Part shown: positions 8,020-17,447 of the stretch, piece by piece
Layout of the letters: the number at the start of each line of letters is the position of its first letter
Position numbering within the stretch: the stretch's first letter is position 1
Source of the DNA: Candidatus Eiseniibacteriota bacterium
GTDB taxonomy: Bacteria; Eisenbacteria; RBG-16-71-46
Assembly: GCA_038231135.1 (NCBI GenBank)
Contig: JBBRLX010000037.1
Span: forward strand, 1-39,103
DNA length: 39,103 nucleotides
Direction of reading: 5' to 3'
Notes under the pieces: generated by a model
What the model was told of the DNA's origin: nothing
The model's input: the letters and a program-made list of their open reading frames with translations, nothing else
Database searches by the model: none
Program-made: the position numbers and the translations under genes

Positions 8020-9383
8020 GCGCGCTCCACGCGGCGTTGCAGCGCCTGCGACTGGTGTTCGGCATCGCGAACCACGAGCTCCGGGTCGAGGGTGGTCCAG
8101 GCGCCGTCGCGATACAGCACTCGGCCGGCGACCATCGTGAGCAGCACGTCGGTGGCGCGCGCGGCATGCACGATCGCCGTGTAGGGGTCCGCGGGGTCGA
8201 CGGGCGCCACATGGGCGCCGCGCGCGTCCAACACGATCACGTCCGCCTGCTTGCCGGGCTCGAGCGAACCGATCGCGGCATCCCAGCCCAGCGCGGCAGC
8301 GCCGTCGAGCGTCGCGAGGCTCAGCGCCTCGCGCGCGGTGAGCGGGGCCGCGGCGTGCGTCACGCGCGACACGCCGGCGGCGAGGCTCAGCTCGTGGAAC
8401 GTGTCGAGGCGATTGTTGCAGGCGGCGCCATCGGAACCGAGGCCGCAGCGCACGCCGGCGTCGAGCCATGCGCGCACGTTCGCGAGCCCCGAGCCGAGCT
8501 TGAGGTTCGAGCCCGGGCAATGGACCAGCGCGGCGCGCGCCTGCGCGAGCATCCCGAGTTCTTCCGTGTCGAGCCAGATGCCGTGCGCGCCCACGAAGCG
8601 CTGGCTCAGCAGCTCGTGGGTGGCGAAGTAGCGGGCCGCGGTGTCGCCGACCACCGCCTGCACCTCGAGCGCCTCGCCCGGGCTCTCGGCGAGGTGCGTG
8701 TGCACGATCATGCCGCGCGCCCGCGAGGCGTCGCGCACCCCGCGCCACAACGGCTCGCTGCACGACAGGATGAAGCGCGGCGCGAGCGACACGCGGATGC
8801 GCCCGTCACCCGCCCCGTCCCAGCGGTCGGCGAGCGCGAGCGCCGAGGCCAGCGCCTGGTCCGCGGTCTCGCTCAGCCCGCGCGGCACGCCGTCGCCGCG
8901 ATCCATGAGCGCCTTGCCGAACACCGCCCGGATGCCCGACTGCTCGAGCGCGGCGGCGATCGCGTCGCCGTGGTGCACGGTGCCCATGTCGTTGACGCAG
9001 GTGACGCCGCCCGCGAGCAACTCGAGCACTCCGAGCCGCGCCGACGCGGCAATGGAATCGGGCGTGTGCGCGGCTTCGAACGGCCAGATCGCCTCGCGCA
9101 GCCAGCGCAGCAGATCGCCCTGCTCGGCGCGGCCGCGGAACAGCGTCTGGCACAGGTGGAGATGGCCCTGGACGAGGCCCGGCAGCACCCAGCCGCCGCG
9201 CGCGTCGATCACGCCGGCGGGCTCGCCCGCGGGCAATCGCGCCGCGCGCGCGGTGGCATCGGCTCCGATCGCCGTGATCACGCCGCGCTCGATCAGCACG
9301 TCGCCGGACACGATCGTGCCCGCGCGGTCCATGCACACCACGGTTCCGGACTGGATCAGCCAGGTGCTCAGGGGCGCCTCCAT
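8016..9383 (-). CDS. Metal-dependent deaminase, MtaD / 5'-deoxyadenosine deaminase-like amidohydrolase
   Basis: LPGLVQGHLHLCQTLFRG, HTHLAE, GAHGIW, HCPGSNLKLGSG, GSDG and GSLEPGKQAD motifs. Start could be ATG 9383 or the CTG downstream of GGAGG. Confidence 0.88.
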   Translation of the reverse strand: MEAPLSTWLIQSGTVVCMDRAGTIVSGDVLIERGVITAIGADATARAARLPAGEPAGVIDARGGWVLPGLVQGHLHLCQTLFRGRAEQGDLLRWLREAIWPFEAAHTPDSIAASARLGVLELLAGGVTCVNDMGTVHHGDAIAAALEQSGIRAVFGKALMDRGDGVPRGLSETADQALASALALADRWDGAGDGRIRVSLAPRFILSCSEPLWRGVRDASRARGMIVHTHLAESPGEALEVQAVVGDTAARYFATHELLSQRFVGAHGIWLDTEELGMLAQARAALVHCPGSNLKLGSGLANVRAWLDAGVRCGLGSDGAACNNRLDTFHELSLAAGVSRVTHAAAPLTAREALSLATLDGAAALGWDAAIGSLEPGKQADVIVLDARGAHVAPVDPADPYTAIVHAARATDVLLTMVAGRVLYRDGAWTTLDPELVVRDAEHQSQALQRRVERA

Positions 9384-9554
9384 GCGATCTCGAGCGCGCG
9401 GCCGCATCCATGCGGCCCGCAAGGCGTCCAACCTACGCTTGGCGCGTTGGGAGTTCAACCGCCGCGCGTGCGATCCAGCACCGCTGCCCGGCGAACGGCG
9501 GGAGACGAATCGCCCGCGTTGACCCTGTTCGGGAGCGGATCCTACGCTCGCGCA

Positions 9555-11144
9555 ATGCCAACGCCCGCAAACCTGCCGCTCTCGCGCCGCATCGAGCTCG
9601 ACTCCCCGGCGGCCGCGCTGCAGGCGCTGCGCGACCTCCCGCACGCATTCCTGCTCGATTCCACGGCGACCGGCCGGCGCGCGGGCTGGTCGTTCTTCGG
9701 CGCCGATCCCTTCGAGATCCATCGCGGCAGCCCGGACATGGCGACCGCGGACGCGTGGCGGCGTGCCGCGACCGCGTTGGGCGTTACGCCCGGCGCGGCG
9801 ACCGCCGACACTCCGGACGGCGTGCCGTTCCGGGGCGGCGCGGTCGGCTACTGGAGTTACGACTTCGGCCGCCGGTTCGAGCGCATCCCGGACCTCGCGG
9901 CGGACGATCTGCGGTTGCCGGATCACGTCGTGGGCTTCTACGACGTCACGGGCGCGTTCGAACACGGCACGGGCCGGGCGTGGCTGTTCTCGAGCGGGCT
10001 GCCCGAAGCGGGAGCGGCGGCCATGGCCCGTGCCGGCGAACGGCTGGAGTGGTTCGCACGCCGGTTTGAGGCGCGGACGCCCGGGGCCACGGCGGCGGGC
10101 ACGCACTCCGCCGCGCTGCCCGGTGATGTCGCGCCCGCGTCCCCTTTGCAGGCACAGCCGCTCCGGGCGGTCTCGACGTTCACCCCGGAGGCATACCGGC
10201 AGGCCGTGCAGACGGTGCGCCACCACATCGCGATCGGGGACCTGTTCCAGGCGAATCTATCCCAGCGCTGGCGGCTTCCGCTTGAAGGGCCGGCGGCGAC
10301 GGCGGACCGCGCCCGCGGCGAGGCAGACGGCGGGCGCCCAACCCCCAGCGCACTCCACGACCCGGCCGAGCCGCGGTATCGCGGCGTGGCGCATGCGCTC
10401 CGGGCGGCACTCGCGGGCGTGTCGCCGGCGCCGTTCGCGGCATGGTTCGACGGGGGCGATCACGCGGTCGTGTCGTCGAGCCCCGAGCGATTCCTCGAAC
10501 TGCGCGGTCGCCGGGTCGAGGCGCGGCCGATCAAGGGCACGCGACCGCGCGGCATGTGCGCGGCCGAGGACGAACAGCTCGCCGCCGAACTGACGGCGAG
10601 CGCCAAGGACCGTGCGGAGAACGTGATGATCGTCGACGTGCTGCGCAACGATCTCGGCCGTGTATGCGAGACGGGCTCGATCGCGGTGCCCGAGTTGTGC
10701 GCGCTCGAGACGTTCCCGCAGGTGTTCCACCTGACGTCCACCGTCACGGGCACGCTGCGGCCGGAGTTCGGCCCGTTCGAGCTGCTCGCCGCGGCGTTCC
10801 CCGGCGGCTCGATCACCGGCGCGCCCAAGATCCGCGCGATGATCCTGCTCGAAACGCTCGAGCCCGTGCGCCGCCACATCTATACCGGGGCGATCGGCTA
10901 CGTGGGCTGGGATGGGGACGCCGACTGGAACATCGCGATCCGCACCGCGCTCGTCACGCCGGACGCCGTGTACTTCGCCGCGGGCGGTGGCATCACCGCG
11001 GAATCGGATCCCGAAGCCGAGTTCCTCGAAACGCTGCACAAGGCGGAAGGCCTCAGGCTCGCGTGCTCGGTCGTGCTCGGACCGGTCGCGCTCACACCGC
11101 CCCCCGCGATCGGCCGCGCGGAACGCTCGGGCATTGGCCGGTGA
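9555..11144 (+). CDS. pabB: Aminodeoxychorismate synthase component I
   Basis: SPAPFAAW, SSSPERF, PIKGT (Lys typical of PabB rather than the PIAGT of TrpE), KDRAENVMIVD, GGSITGAPK. Coupled to a pabC-like gene. Confidence 0.88.
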   Translation: MPTPANLPLSRRIELDSPAAALQALRDLPHAFLLDSTATGRRAGWSFFGADPFEIHRGSPDMATADAWRRAATALGVTPGAATADTPDGVPFRGGAVGYWSYDFGRRFERIPDLAADDLRLPDHVVGFYDVTGAFEHGTGRAWLFSSGLPEAGAAAMARAGERLEWFARRFEARTPGATAAGTHSAALPGDVAPASPLQAQPLRAVSTFTPEAYRQAVQTVRHHIAIGDLFQANLSQRWRLPLEGPAATADRARGEADGGRPTPSALHDPAEPRYRGVAHALRAALAGVSPAPFAAWFDGGDHAVVSSSPERFLELRGRRVEARPIKGTRPRGMCAAEDEQLAAELTASAKDRAENVMIVDVLRNDLGRVCETGSIAVPELCALETFPQVFHLTSTVTGTLRPEFGPFELLAAAFPGGSITGAPKIRAMILLETLEPVRRHIYTGAIGYVGWDGDADWNIAIRTALVTPDAVYFAAGGGITAESDPEAEFLETLHKAEGLRLACSVVLGPVALTPPPAIGRAERSGIGR

Positions 11145-12013
11145 GCCCGCGCCCGGCAGCCGTTCCCGACCGCGCGCTGTGGGTGAACGGTCACATCGTG
11201 CGTGGCCACGACGCGACGCTGTCGCTGTTCGACCGCGGCAGCCGCGATGGCGAAGGGCTGTTCGAGACGATCCGCGTCGAGGCCGGCCGCCCGCATCACT
11301 GGCGCCGCCACCTCGAGCGGCTGGTGCTGGGCGCCGCCGAGCTGGGATTTCCGGTGCCGCCGTCGCCGTCGGTGCTGGCGCAGGCGCTCGAAGAGACGCT
11401 GGCCGCGAATCAGATCGCGGACGCGGTGGCGCGGATCACCGTAACGCGCGGCATCCCGGGTGGCCGGCCCACGCGGGCCGGCGCGTGGCTCGAGACGGAG
11501 CCGCTCCAGGGCCGGCTGTGGCGCGGCACCCGTGCCGGACAGGCGACGGCGATCGTGTCGCAGGTGCCGTTCTCCCCCGGCTCGCTCGGACGGTTCAAGA
11601 CCACGAGCCGGCTGGCCTACAACCTGGCTCGCGAGGAGGCGCGCGCCGCCGGCGTCGACGAGACGCTGCTCGCAGGCGCGGACGGCAGCCTGCTCGAGGG
11701 CTCCGTCAGCAACGTGTTCGTGGTGTCGCGCGGCGACCTCGCCACGCCTCCGCTCGCGTCCGGCATCCTGCCCGGCATCGTGCGGGCCCGGGTGCTCGAG
11801 GTGTGCACCGCGCTCGGCATCGTGGTGGCCGAGCGCCCGATCGCCCGCGGTGAACTCGCGAATGCCGACGAGGTATTCCTGACGGGCTCGGTGCAGCAGA
11901 TCGTGCCGGTGGGAACCCTCGACGGGCGCCCGCTGCCCGGCACCTCGCTCGGCGCCCGGTTGCGCGACGCCTACCGGGAGCGACTCGGCGCCAACCCGAC
12001 TGGAGATTGGTAA
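11141..12013 (+). CDS. pabC: Class IV PLP aminotransferase, probable 4-amino-4-deoxychorismate lyase
   Basis: GEGLFETIR, HLERL, FKTTSRL (PLP Lys), EGSVSNVF, ILPGIVR, ADEVFLT. GTGA overlap with pabB. Confidence 0.8.
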   Translation: MSPRPAAVPDRALWVNGHIVRGHDATLSLFDRGSRDGEGLFETIRVEAGRPHHWRRHLERLVLGAAELGFPVPPSPSVLAQALEETLAANQIADAVARITVTRGIPGGRPTRAGAWLETEPLQGRLWRGTRAGQATAIVSQVPFSPGSLGRFKTTSRLAYNLAREEARAAGVDETLLAGADGSLLEGSVSNVFVVSRGDLATPPLASGILPGIVRARVLEVCTALGIVVAERPIARGELANADEVFLTGSVQQIVPVGTLDGRPLPGTSLGARLRDAYRERLGANPTGDW

Positions 12014-12136
12014 AACCCACCCGCCCGTGGCGATTTCGACCCATGGGATGCGCCTTTGCCCGCACTCCGACAGTTCCCGCGTGTGCGAGGCCACGAAATC
12101 CTCAAGGAATTACGCAAGACGTTGCCACGACAGATG

Positions 12137-12152
12137 TGGCACACGCGATGCA
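12137..12152 (+). promoter_or_regulatory. Putative sigma54 (-24/-12) promoter
   Basis: TGGCACACGCGATGCA versus consensus TGGCACGNNNNTTGCW, correct GG-N10-GC spacing, about 55 nt upstream of ATG 12208. Confidence 0.55.
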
Positions 12153-12207
12153 TCCTATTCACAATAGAAGGACAACCCGCGTCTCCACCTCGGCGAAGGA
12201 CCATGGC

Positions 12208-13794
12208 ATGAGCGCCACATCGATCGGCCTGGATCGCAACGGACCGCTGCACCCGAACGGTGCCGGCCAGCCGAATGGAGTGCCCTCCGCCGCCGCTCCC
12301 GCCGTGACGACCGCCGGCTCCGCGGCGCCTCGCAACGGTGGCGCGGTCGTCCATGGCAACGGCGCGGCCCGGGCGCGCACGGGCGGCCAGATCCGCACCG
12401 GCCGGCTCGACACGCTCGTTCCCCACCTGATTCGCGGCCAGTTGCTGCGCCCCAACTTCGTCCGCATGAGCCTCAAGCTCGGCATCGCCCGGCAGATGCC
12501 GTCGTGGGCCAAGCTCCAGTTCCTGAACGCCGGCGTCGATCGCGCCGATCTCGACCGCGTGCTCGGCCGCATCACCAGCCTCGAGTCGTGGGCCGACGCC
12601 TGGGAATGGCTGGCGAAGCAGCACGAGCACGCCGCGCGCGAGATCGAGGCGCGCGGCGATCATCGCGGCGCCGCGCCGCGCTGGCTGGCCGCCTCGGCCG
12701 CCTACAATTTCTCGCAGTACGTGATCTTCATGGACATGAACCGCAAGCGCCTGCTGCACGAAGCCTGCTCGCGCACGTACGCCGAGGGCATGCCGTACTT
12801 CGACCCTCCGGTGACCCGGTTCGAGGTGCCGTTCCGCCGCAAGATGATGGTCGGCCACCTGCGCGTGCCGCGGGGCGCGACGGGACCCATGCCGGTCGTC
12901 GTGATGTTCAACGGCACCAACTCGGTCAAAGAGGAGCTGCACTGGTGGTCCGAGGCCTACCTCGCCCGCGGCCTCGCGTGCATCATGTTCGACGGACCCG
13001 GCATGGGCCAGACGTTCAACCGGCTGTCGATGGTGGGCGACCCGCGCGCAATGGGTGCCGCGATCCTCAACCACATCGAGACCCATCCCGAGCTCGACCC
13101 GGGCGCCGTGGCGTTCGTCGGCCAGAGCCTCGGCGGCCACTGCGCGATCCGCATGGCGGCGCACGACTCGCGCATCAAGGCGGTGGCCGCGGTCAGCCCG
13201 CCGTTCTCGGTCGACGTGTACTGGAAGGTCACGCTCGCCGGCATGCGGCGCGAACTCGCGGCGCTCTACGGCATCGAAGAGCGCGAGATGGAGCAGGTGA
13301 TCGACCGCATCACGCTCGCCGGGGATCTACCGGAGCTCGCGTGCCCACTGTTCGTGGCCGGCGGCGGCCAGGACCACATCACTCCCGGCACCGAGGCGTG
13401 GCGCATCTACCAGGCTGCACGCAGCGAACGCGAGATCGTCTACTACGAACGCGGCGGCCACGACTGCTTCAACGTCATGTCCGACCTGAGGCCGCGGCTG
13501 GTGTCGTGGCTCGCGCGGCAACTCGAGCCTCATCGCGGCGTCGCGCCGCAGCGCCGGGCATGGGAATCGGGTCCGCACGATCCGGCGTGGAACGCCGCGG
13601 ACGCCGTGGATCCGGAGCTGGCCGACGCGCTATGCGGCGAGCTGCCGCATCGGGAATGGCACGAGGCCGAGGACGCGTGCGTGCCCGTGCGCTGGGAATG
13701 GCCGTGGGCCCGCATCACACCCGGGCGCATCGAAGTGGTCCACGAGGCGCGGCCGTCCGAGCACGTGCGAACGCCGTGGATCGCGCCGATCTAG
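12208..13794 (+). CDS. Alpha/beta hydrolase (FrsA/DUF1100-like)
   Basis: FDGPGMG, nucleophile elbow GQSLGG, GGGQD (Asp) and GGHDC (His). AAGGA RBS. Confidence 0.82.
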   Translation: MSATSIGLDRNGPLHPNGAGQPNGVPSAAAPAVTTAGSAAPRNGGAVVHGNGAARARTGGQIRTGRLDTLVPHLIRGQLLRPNFVRMSLKLGIARQMPSWAKLQFLNAGVDRADLDRVLGRITSLESWADAWEWLAKQHEHAAREIEARGDHRGAAPRWLAASAAYNFSQYVIFMDMNRKRLLHEACSRTYAEGMPYFDPPVTRFEVPFRRKMMVGHLRVPRGATGPMPVVVMFNGTNSVKEELHWWSEAYLARGLACIMFDGPGMGQTFNRLSMVGDPRAMGAAILNHIETHPELDPGAVAFVGQSLGGHCAIRMAAHDSRIKAVAAVSPPFSVDVYWKVTLAGMRRELAALYGIEEREMEQVIDRITLAGDLPELACPLFVAGGGQDHITPGTEAWRIYQAARSEREIVYYERGGHDCFNVMSDLRPRLVSWLARQLEPHRGVAPQRRAWESGPHDPAWNAADAVDPELADALCGELPHREWHEAEDACVPVRWEWPWARITPGRIEVVHEARPSEHVRTPWIAPI

Positions 13795-13861
13795 GCGACC
13801 TCGCGCGACGGAACACCGGATCCCGAGGTCCCGCGACGCGGGGCTCCTCGAATCCGCGAAG

Positions 13862-14587
13862 CTACGCCGGCGCCACTCCCAGATCCGGATACTTCCTGCG
13901 GTACATGCGCGTGTCGGCCTCTTCGATCAACTGCTGCAGGCGCGCCTCGCCGTCCCACACCACCACGCCGCTGCTGACGCGCGACTGGTGCGGCGAGCGC
14001 TCGCGGAACCGCTCCGCCAGGCGTTCGGCGATCGCCTCGGCGTGCGAAGCGTCGGAGGTCAGCACCATCACGAATTCGTCGCCGCCGACGCGGTAGGCGG
14101 CATCGCTGCCGATGCGCAGCGACGACCGCAGCACGGCGCCCAGCGACCGCAGCGTCTCGTCGCCGGCCACGTGCCCCCTGCGATCGTTCAGCCGCTTGAG
14201 GCCATCGACATCGAGATACAGCAGCGCCAGCGGCTCGGCCGTGCGTTCCGCGCGCTTCAGCGCCACCTCGAGATCGCGCTCGAACGCCCTGCGATTCCCT
14301 AGCCCGGTGAGCGAGTCGGTGAGCGACAACTGCTCCAGGTCGTGCACGTGATGCAGGGTGGTCTCCTGCTCGCGGCGGATCATGGTGATGATCCACACGC
14401 CGAGCAGCGTCGTGATGACCGAGTCGATCACGAGGCCGAAGTGCCTCAGGTTCGGCACCCAGCGGCTCTCGAAGTACGCGAGCGCCCAGGGGACGAGCAC
14501 CAGCAGCCCGAGCAGCACGGCCGGCAGCATCAGCATGCGACGCCGGGGCCGGGACCGCACGAGCGGCGCAAGAAGGGGCTCGGTCAT
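13862..14587 (-). CDS. Membrane-anchored diguanylate cyclase (two TM helices plus GGDEF)
   Basis: TDSLTGLGNRRAF, LDVDGLKRLND, GHVAGD, YRVGGDEF, ADTRMY. Two hydrophobic segments near the N-terminus. Confidence 0.9.
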   Translation of the reverse strand: MTEPLLAPLVRSRPRRRMLMLPAVLLGLLVLVPWALAYFESRWVPNLRHFGLVIDSVITTLLGVWIITMIRREQETTLHHVHDLEQLSLTDSLTGLGNRRAFERDLEVALKRAERTAEPLALLYLDVDGLKRLNDRRGHVAGDETLRSLGAVLRSSLRIGSDAAYRVGGDEFVMVLTSDASHAEAIAERLAERFRERSPHQSRVSSGVVVWDGEARLQQLIEEADTRMYRRKYPDLGVAPA

Positions 14588-14778
14588 CGAGTCCAGCTCC
14601 TGTCGGCGGCCGGAAGGTGGTTCCACGGTCTGCAATGTGGCGGGAGCGTCACCCTCAAATCGTAGGGAGCGCTCCCCGGACGGTCAAACGGCCCCGCGTG
14701 TGCCCCGGCAGGTGAAAACTGGTAACCTTTTCCGGCCTTTTGACCAGCACGACCCGCCCCGAACCGGAGACTCCCCTG

Positions 14779-15249
14779 ATGCCCGAGGTCCAGCCGAAAA
14801 CCCGCGTGCGCCCCCTCGATGAATTGGACATCGGAAGCGTGGTCCGCATCGACGAGCGCATCACGGGGCGGTACCGGCCGGAGTTCTGGGAACAGCGGGT
14901 CGGCTATTACCTGCGCCGCGATCCCGACTCGTCCCAGGTCGTCGAGGTCGACGGCAAGGTGGTCGGGTTCATGTTCGGCGACGTGAGAGCCGGGGAATTC
15001 GGTCTCGAGGAGCCCAGCGGCTGGGTCGAGCGCTTTGGCATCGACCCGGATTATCGCGGGCGGGACCTGGGCAAGCTGCTGTTCGACGCGCTGACGGACC
15101 ATTTCAAGGCGTCCGAGGTCACGCGGGTGCGCACATTGGTCGATGACCAGGATGCGGCCGTGGCCGGATTTCTGAAGGCCCTGGGCTTCGAGCCGTCGCC
15201 CCTCAAGGCGCTCGAAATGCGCGTCACAAACGTTGGGAGAGCTGGATGA
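14779..15249 (+). CDS. GNAT-family acetyltransferase
   Basis: VEVDGKVVGF, motif A FGIDPDYRGRDLGKLL, FLKALGF. GGAGA RBS. Confidence 0.85.
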   Translation: MPEVQPKTRVRPLDELDIGSVVRIDERITGRYRPEFWEQRVGYYLRRDPDSSQVVEVDGKVVGFMFGDVRAGEFGLEEPSGWVERFGIDPDYRGRDLGKLLFDALTDHFKASEVTRVRTLVDDQDAAVAGFLKALGFEPSPLKALEMRVTNVGRAG

Positions 15250-16586
15250 AGGTCGATGAGATCACCCTGCCGGGGAAGTTCCACGATGCGGTCGAGCACT
15301 GGCGCCGCCACTGGATCCCGGACTACGACTCGCTGCTGAACCAGTGGGACAAATACTTTCCCCAGGACGAGTCGTTCTGCCTGTGCGCCAAAATGGAGGT
15401 CGGAACTCCCGACGTCATCCAGATCGGCGACCAGAAGGGTGAGCGCAAGCGCCTGAAGCCCGATCAGCTCACCGAGGAACAGGCGACCCACCTGCTCGCG
15501 ATCATCAGGGCCCAGGCGTCGACCGAATTCGGCTCGATCCAGCAGCACGCGGGCACGCTCCACCGCGCGGCGGACGACGAGGACCGCATGTGGGTTCTGC
15601 GCGTGATGGCCGAGGAATTACGCCACGGCTACCAGATGTTCCACCTGCTGCTCGACGAAGACTGGACCCACGTCTCGGGCGGGGTCAAGGGCCAGGAGAT
15701 GGTGGAGGAGATCCTGTCGATGCAGACCGGGTCCCACGTGCTCGACGCGTTCAACGTGGAGTACGACTCGTTCATCGACAACATCTGCTTCGCCGCATTC
15801 GTCGACCGCGTCGGCAAGTACCAGCTCACGATGCAGAAGGTGTGCGCGTACAAGCCGATGGCCGACTCGATGCCGCCGATGCTGCGCGAGGAGGCGTTTC
15901 ACCTGGCGGCGGGCGTGATCCCGCTGCGGCGCTGGGCGCAGCGCGCGGCGAAGGGCGATCCGCTCGTCACGATGCAGGTGATCCAGAAGTCGATCAACAA
16001 GTGGTATCCGCGCGCACTCGAGATGTTCGGCGACGAGCGCGGTGGCGAGTCCAACATCAAGTTCGGCTTCAAGGACATGAAGAACCGCGAGGCGCAGGAT
16101 CGCTACATCGAGGAGGTGCAGCGCATGGTCCGCGACATCAACGCGCGGTTCCTGCGCGCGCGGATGGGCGACGCGACTCCCGACAAGGTCGAGGCGGCGC
16201 TCGTTAAATTCGAGCGCGGCGACGGCACGGTCGAAAGCGTGACGCGCGACGATCTGCTGTACATCCCCGACCGGCGGTTCTTCCGCCGCAAGGGCGAGCC
16301 GGCGTGGCAGATGTTCGGCACCCGCGGCGAGACCTACTCCACCGTCGACGACTACCTGCGCGACCTCGTGAAGGCGCTGCCCGAGGCGTATCTCACCACG
16401 CGCGACATCCGCTCCTACGGCGACATGCTGCGGCGGGTCGTCGCCGGCGAGGTGACGGCCTCCGAGGCGACCATGAAGATGCCGCGGCTCAAGCGCGTCG
16501 GCGGCACCTGTCCGTGCTCGCGCTCGGTGCGCTGGATCGTCGAGGACGGCACAGCCGCGACTTCACCAGAATCTGCAAGGTCATGA
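15246..16586 (+). CDS. Ferritin-like di-iron protein, BoxB/PaaA (aryl-CoA epoxidase)-like
   Basis: QASTEFGSIQQ, AEELRHG, FVDRVGKYQL and EEAFH parallel the BoxB QGDTE, EEGRH, TDRDGKFQL and EEAHH motifs. ATGA overlap with the GNAT gene. Confidence 0.75.
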   Translation: MKVDEITLPGKFHDAVEHWRRHWIPDYDSLLNQWDKYFPQDESFCLCAKMEVGTPDVIQIGDQKGERKRLKPDQLTEEQATHLLAIIRAQASTEFGSIQQHAGTLHRAADDEDRMWVLRVMAEELRHGYQMFHLLLDEDWTHVSGGVKGQEMVEEILSMQTGSHVLDAFNVEYDSFIDNICFAAFVDRVGKYQLTMQKVCAYKPMADSMPPMLREEAFHLAAGVIPLRRWAQRAAKGDPLVTMQVIQKSINKWYPRALEMFGDERGGESNIKFGFKDMKNREAQDRYIEEVQRMVRDINARFLRARMGDATPDKVEAALVKFERGDGTVESVTRDDLLYIPDRRFFRRKGEPAWQMFGTRGETYSTVDDYLRDLVKALPEAYLTTRDIRSYGDMLRRVVAGEVTASEATMKMPRLKRVGGTCPCSRSVRWIVEDGTAATSPESARS

Positions 16587-16628
16587 TAGAGCTCAGAGCT
16601 AATCCATACTCCTGGGGCATCGAGTAGC

Positions 16629-17447
16629 GTGGCTCAAGAATTTCCGTTCTTGAGTGCCGGCCCATTGGTTGAGTTGGTGCTGTCTGTTCAATTTGACTCG
16701 ATCGAAAAGCTCCGACTCCCCCAGCTTGTTCAGGCATGGGAACTATTTCGCGAGCGATTTCCAAAAGTAGAGGAACACCCTCCGCTCGCGCCCCTAGTTG
16801 AACCCCCTTTGCCGACGTTCGAAGCGCGGCTGCGGCTGTTTCAAGTACCTCCCTTGCCCCGCCTTTGGTTCGTGGCTCCTGACGATACGGAACTCCTCCA
16901 GCTTCAGACTGATCGATTCGCCCACAACTGGCGCAAGAGTTCAGCCGAGGCCGAATATCCTCGCTACAACGTGGTGAGAGCCGGGTTCGCCAGGGAATTG
17001 GACGCTTTTGAGGAATACTTACGGAGAGAACAATTGGGCGCATTTCGGCCGAACCTCTGTGAGGTCAGCTATATCGATCACGTTAACCCTGTCGGTCGAC
17101 CTCACAACTTGGGGGCGTTGGGAGAACTTCTCCGATTCTGGTCGGCCGATTTTCCTCAGCTTGGCTTGGCGGAACCTGTTGAGGCTTCTTGCTCATTGCG
17201 CTTTCCCTTTCCACATCTTGAACCTGGGGGCGCTGGTAGCATTTACGTGAATCTTCAGCCCGCCATCCGCCAAGCCGATCAGAGTGAGGTGATCTTGTAC
17301 GAGGTCACTGCTCGACGAACGACTCTCGGAACCACTGTCGAAGCAGTTCTTCGTGTGCTTGACCAATGCCATGACGCAGGTGTGTCAGCCTTTTTTGCGG
17401 TCACGGACGCCAATCTCTTGTCGAAGTGGAAAGGAGGGCCAGCGTGA
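16629..17447 (+). CDS. TIGR04255-family-like protein
   Basis: PLVELVLSVQF, PRLWFV, LLQLQTDRFAHNWRK and YPRY signature segments. AT-richer codon usage than the neighbours. Confidence 0.75.
   Translation: MAQEFPFLSAGPLVELVLSVQFDSIEKLRLPQLVQAWELFRERFPKVEEHPPLAPLVEPPLPTFEARLRLFQVPPLPRLWFVAPDDTELLQLQTDRFAHNWRKSSAEAEYPRYNVVRAGFARELDAFEEYLRREQLGAFRPNLCEVSYIDHVNPVGRPHNLGALGELLRFWSADFPQLGLAEPVEASCSLRFPFPHLEPGGAGSIYVNLQPAIRQADQSEVILYEVTARRTTLGTTVEAVLRVLDQCHDAGVSAFFAVTDANLLSKWKGGPA

Noticed and set aside
9555..11144. Anthranilate synthase trpE
   Set aside because: The PIKGT motif and coupling to a class IV lyase favour pabB; no trp genes are nearby.
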